From Candidatus Hydrogenedentota bacterium (GTDB lineage: Bacteria > Hydrogenedentota > Hydrogenedentia > Hydrogenedentales > CAITNO01), in the NCBI GenBank assembly GCA_012730105.1, contig JAAYBJ010000299.1, forward strand, positions 1 to 14,811: DNA of 14,811 nt. The letters run 5' to 3'. Position 1 is the first letter of the stretch, and each line of letters opens with the position of its first letter. Below the pieces are notes generated by a model, which searched no databases, was not told the DNA's origin, and was given only the letters and a program-made list of their open reading frames with translations. The position numbers and the translations under genes are program-made. Below, in pieces: positions 1-7,120 of the stretch.

Positions 1-197
1 AAACCGGAATGACGCTGCTTAAGGTTGTTTATAATGAAACGAAAAATACGTTGATACGGGTGTGTTTCATGTGTTTCTTTCTGACTGAGATACTGCGTTT
101 CAGTTGCGTCGAAGACGCCCCTTCTTCCGGGCGAAGTCCCGGACGAAGCGTAGTACCTTATGGAAAATTTTTTATCAACAAAAACAAGAAGTTTGGT

Positions 198-272
198 ATG
201 TTGTTCACGCTTCAGCGTGCTAAGTTGTTCACGGCTTTTGTGTTAACACGCACACTAAAGTGTGAACAACAT
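198..272. promoter_or_regulatory. Cluster of TGTTCAC-type dyad sites: ATGTTGTTCACGC (198-210), direct copy GTTGTTCACGG (224-234), inverted copy GTGTGAACAACAT (260-272), plus small palindromes CACGCttcaGCGTG and GTGTTAACAC
   Basis: Read directly: three copies of a TTGTTCAC core in direct and inverted orientation within 75 bp, in a region with no credible CDS. Confidence 0.4.
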
Positions 273-358
273 ACTCCAAATATTTTCTTTTTGGGTTGTG
301 GGCAAGGCCCACGTTAGTATAAAACAACTTAACCGGATTGGGTTTTTCACAAAACATC

Positions 359-437
359 TCGATTACGAGATACGATCACGAGCACGAGCATGAATCGCAC
401 AATCGTAGTCATGCTCGTACTCGTAATTGTAATCGAA
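359..437. repeat. Large imperfect palindrome (~78 nt) with arms TCGATTACGAG..TCACGAGCACGAGCATGA / TCATGCTCGTACTCGTAATTGTAATCGA; a related copy of the arm motif recurs at 13376-13399
   Basis: Seen in sequence: left arm and the reverse complement of the right arm align at both ends (CGATTAC.. and ..ACGAGCATGA). The motif TCGATTACGAG + TCACGAGCACGAG is found again about 13 kb away. Confidence 0.6.
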
Positions 438-516
438 AAATTTCTTTTCGCAACTAACCCCGGTTTGTCGGGGTGTGCTGCTCTGGAGCGAACCGGAAAT
501 TCGCCGCCTCGCCCGC

Positions 517-546
517 TTGAAACATTTCCGGCCGGGGGGGTACTAT
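517..546 (+). promoter_or_regulatory. Putative sigma70-type promoter of glyA (TTGAAA-18-TACTAT); the -35 is overlapped by inverted repeat CCGGAAAT(493-500)/ATTTCCGG(524-531)
   Basis: Hexamers read directly about 55 nt upstream of the glyA ATG. An AAAGGAGG RBS sits 5 nt before ATG 603. Confidence 0.4.
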
Positions 547-602
547 ACCATTACGGTTTCACTGGGTATCCACTATTTTTTGTCTGAAAGAAAAGGAGGC
601 AT

Positions 603-2129
603 ATGTTGCCCGATACACCCATTCACGCCTATTTGCGCAATCATAGCGCGGACACGATTGATCCCGCCTTCCTGGCCTACCTGGCGAATTTGTCGGTCGT
701 TGCGCAGGACAACCCCGAAGCGGCCGGCGCCATCGTGCAGGAACTCGAAGACCAGCGCCGCTATCTGAAACTTATCGCAAGCGAGAATTACTGTTCACCC
801 GCCACCCAGCTGGCTATGGGCAACCTGCTCACGGACAAGTATGCCGAAGGCGTGCCTTATCAGCGTTTTTATGAAGGCTGCGATAATGTGGACGCAGTGG
901 AGGCCATCGCGCGCGACGAAGCCTGCAAACTTTTCGGTGCGGAACACGCCTATGTGCAGCCCCACAGCGGCGCCGACGCCAACATGATCGCCTTCTGGGC
1001 GGTGCTGACGGCGCGGATTGAAGTGCCCAATCTCGAAAAGTTCGGCACCACCAACCCCATGCAATTGTCGCCTGAAGACTGGAACAGCATCCGGGAGGCC
1101 TTGAACAACCAGCGGTTGCTGGGCATGGACTATTATTCTGGCGGCCATCTCACCCATGGCTACCGGCGCAACCTCTCGGGCAAGATGTTCGAATCTTACA
1201 ACTATACTGTGAACCGGGAGACAGGCCTGCTGGATTATGATGAAATCGAGGCCATGGCACTGCGTCTTCGCCCGTTGATCCTGCTGGCCGGGTACAGCGC
1301 CTATCCGCGCCTTATCAATTTCCGGCGCATGCGGGAAATTGCCGACAAGGCCGGTGCCGTGCTGATGGTGGACATGGCCCATTTCGCGGGCCTGGTCGCG
1401 GGCGGCGTCTTTGAAGGCGATGAGAACCCCGTCGCCCACGCCCACATCGTCACTTCCACCACGCACAAGACCCTGCGCGGTCCCCGCAGCGGGTTTATTC
1501 TCTGCAAAAAAGAATTCGCCGAGTATGTGGACAAGGGCTGCCCTCTGGTCATCGGCGGGCCGCTGCCGCACGTGCTGGCGGCCAAGGCCGTGGCTTTCCG
1601 GGAAGCCAATGCTCCGGGATTTAAGGACTACGCGCGCCGGATTGTCGCCAACAGCCGGGCCTTGGCGGCGGCCCTTTCCGGCCTCGGCTTTACCCTGGCC
1701 ACGGGCGGCACGGACAATCACCTGATGCTCATAAACGTGGCGGAAAGTTGCGGCCTCACGGGGGCACAGGCCGCGTCCGCCGTGCGCGCATGCGGGATTA
1801 CCCTGAATTTCAATTCCCTGCCCTTCGACCCGAACGGCCCTCTGATCACCAGCGGGCTGCGACTGGGTACGGCGGCGGTTACCACGCTGGGCATGGGCGA
1901 GGGTGAAATGGCCGAAATCGCCGCCATTATTCGGCTGGTCTTGAGCAATACCAAAGCGGCCCTGCTGACCTCCGGCGCCAACGCAGGCAAGCCCAGCAAA
2001 CGCCAGTTTGAACTCGATGAAAAAGCGCGCGACGAGGCGCGGGAACGGGTTCAGGCCCTGCTCGGACGTTTTCCCGTGTATCCCATGTTGGATTTGGACG
2101 TATTAAAATCGTTTTTCCCCTCCCTTTGA
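603..2129 (+). CDS. glyA: Serine hydroxymethyltransferase (PLP-dependent), unusually long at 508 aa with N-terminal and C-terminal extensions and a ~28-aa internal insertion
   Basis: SHMT hallmarks: LIASENY, GGHLTHG, and VTSTTHKTLRGPRSG, the PLP-lysine motif of TTHKTLRGPRGG type. A strong RBS AAAGGAGG precedes the start. Confidence 0.95.
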   Translation: MLPDTPIHAYLRNHSADTIDPAFLAYLANLSVVAQDNPEAAGAIVQELEDQRRYLKLIASENYCSPATQLAMGNLLTDKYAEGVPYQRFYEGCDNVDAVEAIARDEACKLFGAEHAYVQPHSGADANMIAFWAVLTARIEVPNLEKFGTTNPMQLSPEDWNSIREALNNQRLLGMDYYSGGHLTHGYRRNLSGKMFESYNYTVNRETGLLDYDEIEAMALRLRPLILLAGYSAYPRLINFRRMREIADKAGAVLMVDMAHFAGLVAGGVFEGDENPVAHAHIVTSTTHKTLRGPRSGFILCKKEFAEYVDKGCPLVIGGPLPHVLAAKAVAFREANAPGFKDYARRIVANSRALAAALSGLGFTLATGGTDNHLMLINVAESCGLTGAQAASAVRACGITLNFNSLPFDPNGPLITSGLRLGTAAVTTLGMGEGEMAEIAAIIRLVLSNTKAALLTSGANAGKPSKRQFELDEKARDEARERVQALLGRFPVYPMLDLDVLKSFFPSL

Positions 2130-2254
2130 AACGGGCAGGTGTTATAATGGGTGGTATCCGGTCACGGGAAAGGTGACCCCTGTGGTCGGGCGATCAGATC
2201 GGCCTCTTGGTTTTGTTTCGCCGCCTAAGGGTGGGTGTGCAAAGGAGTTGACGA

Positions 2255-2631
2255 TGCCAAGTATTGCGATTGTCGGGGCTTCGAAAAACAGAAAAAAGTA
2301 CGGTAACAAGGCGGTGCGCGCCTTTGTACAGGGAGGGTGGACCGTTTACCCCGTGAATCCGACCGAGGACGAAATCGAAGGGCTGACGGTATACCGGGGT
2401 ATTGCCGACCTGCCGGATCCGGTGGACCGTATCTCCCTGTATGTATCCCCGGACATAGGGATCGGTCTGCTTGATGAAATTGCAGCGAAGAAACCGGCGG
2501 AGTTTTTCCTTAATCCCGGTTCGGAAAGCCCCGCCCTGATGGAAGCCGCCCGGGAACGGGGCCTGGAGCCCATCCAAGCCTGCAGCATCGTCAATATCGG
2601 GTTGCGCCCGGATATGTTTTCTGACGTGTGA
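2255..2631 (+). CDS. CoA-binding domain protein (YccU/CoA_binding_2-like small protein)
   Basis: N-terminal IAIVGASKNRKKYGNKAVRAFVQGGWTVYPVNP matches the IAVVGAS...G.xV.PVNP signature of the family. RBS AAGGAG precedes ATG 2255. The longer ORF from 2173 carries extra N-terminal residues outside the domain. Confidence 0.8.
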
Positions 2632-2727
2632 GTTCCGGTTCAGGCATTTTCGCCTGGGTCGTATTAATAAAACAGTGCCGCCTGCCATTGATGGAGCGAC
2701 GGGACCGGTGCCCCGGGAGATGTTCTC

Positions 2728-3654
2728 ATGCTGATAGACGTAGCTGGTTTGTCCCATATCGGCCGCAAAAAAGCAAAGAACGAAGACAGTTTCGGCATTT
2801 TCGACACTACCCATCCAGGGCTGCAATTGTTTCAACAGGGCATGCTTATCGCTGTTGCGGACGGGTTGGGAGGGCACGTGGGGGGGGACATCGCCTCCAA
2901 ACTGGCGATTTCCATGATGAAGGATGTTCTGAAGGAGGGGCCCGTACCTGAAGAAGACCGCGCTTCGGAACGGGAGGACGCCTTTTATCTCTCCGCGATT
3001 GAAGGGGCCATGTTACGGGCGAACGACAGCATTTTTCAAACGAACAAGGACTTGGTTAAGGGGAATCTGCCCATGGGCACCACCCTGTGCACCGCCTTGC
3101 TCCGCCCCCGCCTGGCGTATTTGGGAAATGTGGGCGATTCCCGCGGATATCTGTTCCGAAACGGCGCTTTCGCGGCCAAGACCGAGGATCACAGCTGGGT
3201 GGACGAGCAGGTCAAACAGGGCTTGATGACCCAGGCAGCTGCCGAAAAGGACAACAGGAGAAACCTTGTTACCCGCTGTATCGGCACCCACGAAACGCTC
3301 GAAATCGACACGTATCAGTGGCCATTGAGACCCGATGACCAGGTGCTTATCTGCACCGATGGTCTCACCAACATGCTTTCGGACCCTGACATCGCCGAAA
3401 TTTTGCAGCGGCCGTTGACGGCGAAGGAAAAGGTCGATATCTTGGTCGATGCCGCGAACAAAAAAGGCGGTAAGGATAATATCACGGCGATATTGGCCTG
3501 GATAGACCCTGATCCCAAGGCACTGCGTGCCCTGCGCACCAAGTCCTGGCTGCGCAAAAGGGAAAGTAAAATCAAGACTACGGTACTGCTGACAGTCTTT
3601 GGGCTGTTTTGTTTTCTTGCCGGTTATTTTGCCTGCTTTTTCGGGACGCGTTAA
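2728..3654 (+). CDS. PP2C-family Ser/Thr protein phosphatase with C-terminal transmembrane anchor
   Basis: VAGLSHIGRKKAKNEDSF..IAVADGLGGHVGGDIAS..ICTDGLTNMLSD matches PP2C metal-binding motifs. The hydrophobic C-terminus TTVLLTVFGLFCFLAGYFACFF suggests a TM helix. RBS GGGAGA is 7 nt before the ATG. Confidence 0.85.
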   Translation: MLIDVAGLSHIGRKKAKNEDSFGIFDTTHPGLQLFQQGMLIAVADGLGGHVGGDIASKLAISMMKDVLKEGPVPEEDRASEREDAFYLSAIEGAMLRANDSIFQTNKDLVKGNLPMGTTLCTALLRPRLAYLGNVGDSRGYLFRNGAFAAKTEDHSWVDEQVKQGLMTQAAAEKDNRRNLVTRCIGTHETLEIDTYQWPLRPDDQVLICTDGLTNMLSDPDIAEILQRPLTAKEKVDILVDAANKKGGKDNITAILAWIDPDPKALRALRTKSWLRKRESKIKTTVLLTVFGLFCFLAGYFACFFGTR

Positions 3655-3780
3655 TTATTTTATGGCCGTCCATGATTCCTGGAATAGCCTGTCCAGCTAT
3701 CGGCCACGTTCGTTTTCTACCTAACATTAAGTAGTTACGCTTTAATGAAAAAACACGCCCCTGCTATCGCTATAGAAAAG

Positions 3781-3809
3781 TTGCTATTAATGCTAATCCA
3801 TGTTATAAT
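3781..3809 (+). promoter_or_regulatory. Near-consensus sigma70 promoter TTGCTA-17 nt-TATAAT driving the OMP gene (5' UTR ~140 nt)
   Basis: -35 TTGCTA at 3781-3786, 17-nt spacer, -10 TATAAT at 3804-3809, in an AT-rich 300-bp intergenic region. Confidence 0.6.
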
Positions 3810-3953
3810 CGCTACAATTTATCAGGAAATGTTGGAGGGTGCACTAGTTCGTTGCAGGTTTCGGGCAATCTTGTCTCGGTGCTATACTCTGGAAGCGAAA
3901 GGCATTTTTTTAAGTTATTAGAACTGTATTAACCAGGATGGAGGAAGTTTTTC

Positions 3954-5564
3954 ATGACATTCATACAGACAGTAGCAGGCGTGATGTTGAATTCAAAACG
4001 ACAGCCGTGGAACCGCGCCTGCAGCCTTGTTCTGCTTTGCGGTCTGCTTGTCATTTTCACGCTGGAGGCCGCCGCAGAGCTGACCCAGGTGTCTGTTGGT
4101 GGCGAGCTCCGTATACGCGGCCGCTGGTATATAAACGCATGGGAAGATGAGAAGCCCCTTGTGAACCGGATCAACAGCAGTTATCTCCCCTGGCGTCCCA
4201 TCGGATCTACGGGCACCAAGTCTTTGTTTAAATGGGACAGCGATGGAAAAGATTGGACCCGCTATGAATCCTCCGTCAAACTTAATTTCAAAGCGGATTT
4301 TACAAACAATGTGACAGCCTTCGTTGAACTTTATGACTGGTATGTTTTCGGCGAAAGTTTTCGGTCGAACTATCTCACGGGCGCGGATAATCGTGGTGAA
4401 GGTTTAGACACCGTGCAGTTGAACCAGGCATATATCGAAATGCGCCAGGTTTTTGACACACCGTTGACGCTGCGCGTAGGCCGCCAGGAACTTCTTTTCG
4501 GCAACGGCTGGCTGCTGTCAAACATGCTGACCCCTTCCCAGTATATAACCCATGACGCCATACGGCTCACCTATGCCGGAACGGACTTCACCGTGGACGC
4601 TTTTGCGGCGAAACACAACGCCAGTATGCAGCTGCTTGATGAACAGATCAACCTGTACGGCATTTACGGGACCTATAAGGGATTCCAGCCCTTGACCATG
4701 TCGGCGTATTGGATGTATGTGCATGATAACACGGACATTGAAACAGGCGAAGCCACATCTCTCGGCAGTTGGGTGAATTCGCTGCTCGGGAGGCATTTCG
4801 GTTCCACCAACCTGCATACGCTGGGCATACATTTCTTCGGCAAGCACGCCGGTTTTGACTACAGTCTGCAAACGGCCTACCAGTTTGGCGATGCGGAACA
4901 TATTGGCGCGATGTTTGGCAATGGCGGCATCTTCAACGGCGATACGGATGCCAAGTATGACAACTGGGGCATGGAAGCCATACTGGGCTACACGTTTGAA
5001 GATGTGAAATGGAAGCCGCGGCCTTACATCATGGGCGTTTATTTCCAAGGACAGGATAACCGCGACATCAGTTTCTGGGAATGGATGAATCCCTTCTACG
5101 AACCTGAAGCGAGCGTGTCTTTTAACCGTTTGTTCAGCGATAAGAATTATTCGTGGACCATCAATGACAACAGTTGGCTGTCTAATTTCATTCAGCTCAG
5201 CGCTGGTTTGGAACTCCAGCTGACCGAAAAAATACGCCTTTGTATGCGTGTGTCTAAAAACTGGGTGGATGAGCCCTTCAACCCGCCCAAGTCCATCAAA
5301 TTGGGCGGACGCCGCATTTATATCGCGCCGAACCTGAGTTTCTGGACCGATGAAGGCAGTGATGACCTGGGATGGGAAATCGCCAGTTATATTCTTTACA
5401 ACTATTCTGCAGACTTGTCCTTCGGGTTGTTCGGCAATGTGCTCTTCCCTGACGATGGTCTTACGGATGGCAGTTTTATGCATTTCTACGGCACTCAGTT
5501 CAGCGGCGGCACGGGTGACGACACTTCCGGGTATTTGTTCTGGATGGCTACCCTTAAGTTCTAA
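3954..5564 (+). CDS. Outer-membrane beta-barrel protein (porin/alginate-export-like), signal peptide, C-terminal Phe
   Basis: N-terminal signal peptide (KRQPWNRACSLVLLCGLLVIFTLEAAAE) and aromatic/Gly-rich alternating pattern. Terminal ...WMATLKF with C-terminal F is typical of BAM-dependent barrels. GGAGG RBS is 8 nt upstream. A strong terminator follows. Confidence 0.7.
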   Translation: MTFIQTVAGVMLNSKRQPWNRACSLVLLCGLLVIFTLEAAAELTQVSVGGELRIRGRWYINAWEDEKPLVNRINSSYLPWRPIGSTGTKSLFKWDSDGKDWTRYESSVKLNFKADFTNNVTAFVELYDWYVFGESFRSNYLTGADNRGEGLDTVQLNQAYIEMRQVFDTPLTLRVGRQELLFGNGWLLSNMLTPSQYITHDAIRLTYAGTDFTVDAFAAKHNASMQLLDEQINLYGIYGTYKGFQPLTMSAYWMYVHDNTDIETGEATSLGSWVNSLLGRHFGSTNLHTLGIHFFGKHAGFDYSLQTAYQFGDAEHIGAMFGNGGIFNGDTDAKYDNWGMEAILGYTFEDVKWKPRPYIMGVYFQGQDNRDISFWEWMNPFYEPEASVSFNRLFSDKNYSWTINDNSWLSNFIQLSAGLELQLTEKIRLCMRVSKNWVDEPFNPPKSIKLGGRRIYIAPNLSFWTDEGSDDLGWEIASYILYNYSADLSFGLFGNVLFPDDGLTDGSFMHFYGTQFSGGTGDDTSGYLFWMATLKF

Positions 5565-5625
5565 ATATAGGATTCCGCCCCCCGTTTCCGAGTTTTGCTG
5601 AGGGAACGGGCGGGAAATGAGTACG

Positions 5626-5664
5626 GGCCGCCGCCATTCCCCAAGGGGAGGGCGGCGGCCTTTT
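5626..5664 (+). terminator. Rho-independent terminator: GGCCGCCGCC-loop-GGCGGCGGCC followed by TTTT
   Basis: Perfect 10-bp GC stem with a loop that itself contains CCCCaaGGGG, then a T-run at 5661-5664, just downstream of the OMP stop. Confidence 0.8.
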
Positions 5665-5874
5665 CACACGGACTTGCACAACGACTGGATAGTATCGCGC
5701 AAAAGGATGGTTGTGCCCTTCGCGTCCTGAGCCCGTTTGGCCAAATTTTGCGGATTAGAAATAGGCCGGGAAAAACGGGCATAATATAGTAAGGAATTGG
5801 AGTTTTGGTGGTTCCGCTGAAACAAGCAGGCGGAATCGCTGTACTCTCAGAACCATCTTAGGAGGAATAGAAGT

Positions 5875-6243
5875 ATGGCAACCGTGTATCATGAGCCTGT
5901 TGAGGAACTTTCGCCGCAGGCAAGAAACATGCATCGGGCGTTAACAAGCCTGATTGAAGAATTGGAAGCGGTGGACTGGTATAACCAGCGGGCTGACGTT
6001 ACTGATGATGCTGCATTGAAGGCAATTCTTGAACACAATCGTGATGAAGAGATTGAGCATGCGGCTATGACCTTGGAATGGATCCGCCGCCAGATGCCCA
6101 AATTTGACCAGGAACTGAAGACGTACCTGTTTACCGCGGGTGACATAACCACGATAGAAGATGCCGGTGATGAGGTCGGGGGTGGAACTGCCCCCGCGAG
6201 ATCGGCCGGGCTCGGTATCGGTTCACTTAAGAAAGGACGTTAA
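5875..6243 (+). CDS. Encapsulated ferritin-like protein (EncFtn/Flp) cargo with C-terminal encapsulin targeting peptide
   Basis: Core LEHNRDEEIEHAAMTLEW matches the conserved EncFtn di-iron motif (EHNRDEE.EHAAM). The C-terminal tail ...GGGTAPARSAGLGIGSLKKGR fits the cargo-loading peptide consensus (GSLxIGSLK) after a Gly-rich linker. AGGAGG RBS precedes the start. The shell gene begins 2 nt after the stop. Confidence 0.85.
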   Translation: MATVYHEPVEELSPQARNMHRALTSLIEELEAVDWYNQRADVTDDAALKAILEHNRDEEIEHAAMTLEWIRRQMPKFDQELKTYLFTAGDITTIEDAGDEVGGGTAPARSAGLGIGSLKKGR

Positions 6244-6245
6244 CC

Positions 6246-7052
6246 ATGACAGACGCATTAAAACGTTTTTCCGCCCCTATTTCTTCGGCTGCTTGGAATG
6301 CTATTGACGATGCCGCTGCGGCGGTATTACGCGCCCGGTTGTCTGCAAGATCCGTGGTGGATTTTGTAGGTCCGCTTGGTTGGGAAACGGACGCCATAGG
6401 GTTGGGGCGTGCCAAACTGGTGGATAAGGGTGCTGTCGGCACGCCTGCATGGGGTGCCCGTCAATCTTTGCCGCTCATAGAGGTCCGTATCCCCTTTATT
6501 CTTAAATTAAGTGAACTGGAAAATATCGAGCGCGGCGCCAAAGACGTGGATCTGGCGCCACTGGAAGATGCGGCTAAGGCCATGGCGGCTTTTGAAGAAA
6601 AATCTCTGTATTCCGGGCTGTCTAAAGCCGGTATTACGGGCATTCTCGAGGCTGCCGATGCCAAGCCGATTACCGTTGCGGCCCAGCCGGAAGCGGTGGT
6701 GGATGCCGTGGCCGGGGCGATTGCCCAGTTGCGCGAAAATGATATTGACGGCCCTTATGCGTTTGTCGGTGGCACCAAGGCCTTTGGGGTCTTGAGCCGT
6801 ATTGTGCCGGGCGGTGGCACGGTGAATCGCGTGGTTGAGCAAATGACCGGTATGGCGCCCGCGTGGACTCCTGCCGTGGCGGGCGCGGCGATTGTTTCGG
6901 CGCGCGGTGGCGATTATGAGTTGTCCGTTGGCCAGGATATGGCGGTCGGATACGCGAAGCATGATGCCGAGAAAATCGAACTGTACCTTGTAGAAACTTT
7001 CACCTTCCGGGTCATTGAACCGCGGGCGGCGGTGGAAATAAAATTCAAGTAG
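6246..7052 (+). CDS. Family 1 encapsulin shell protein (linocin M18-like, HK97 fold)
   Basis: 268 aa. [103 protein letters not shown] is collinear with T. maritima encapsulin ([81 protein letters not shown]...LLKF). Confidence 0.9.
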   Translation: MTDALKRFSAPISSAAWNAIDDAAAAVLRARLSARSVVDFVGPLGWETDAIGLGRAKLVDKGAVGTPAWGARQSLPLIEVRIPFILKLSELENIERGAKDVDLAPLEDAAKAMAAFEEKSLYSGLSKAGITGILEAADAKPITVAAQPEAVVDAVAGAIAQLRENDIDGPYAFVGGTKAFGVLSRIVPGGGTVNRVVEQMTGMAPAWTPAVAGAAIVSARGGDYELSVGQDMAVGYAKHDAEKIELYLVETFTFRVIEPRAAVEIKFK

Positions 7053-7120
7053 TTCTGGCGGTCGCCGGAGGGTCTTCCGGGCGGCACTGGATAATTTATA
7101 AACGGAAAGGATTTCCTTCT

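Noticed and set aside
298-312. Matching small hairpins GTGGGC-aag-GCCCAC (298-312) and GTGGGC-gtt-GCCCAC (14692-14706) near the two window ends.
   Set aside because: The 6-bp GC stems are short enough to recur by chance in a 58% GC genome, and there is no supporting context.
9-317. 102-aa plus-strand ORF at the window start.
   Set aside because: The translation is low-complexity (FF, KNKK). The region is dense in dyad symmetry and small hairpins typical of non-coding DNA, and there is no RBS.
455-600. Possible ZTP/THF/glycine riboswitch in the glyA leader.
   Set aside because: I could not match the conserved ZTP (..UGACUGGCG../..CCGCCUGGGCA) or glycine-riboswitch cores. Only generic hairpins are present. 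A covariance-model scan with Rfam cmsearch would be decisive.
795-1721. 308-aa minus-strand ORF antisense to glyA. Similar long antisense ORFs occur at 4518-5483, 6914-8500, 9681-10505 and 11253-11849.
   Set aside because: They are fully embedded antisense to genes with strong family motifs. They have Arg/Gly/Ala-rich low-complexity translations typical of GC-rich antisense frames, and no RBS.
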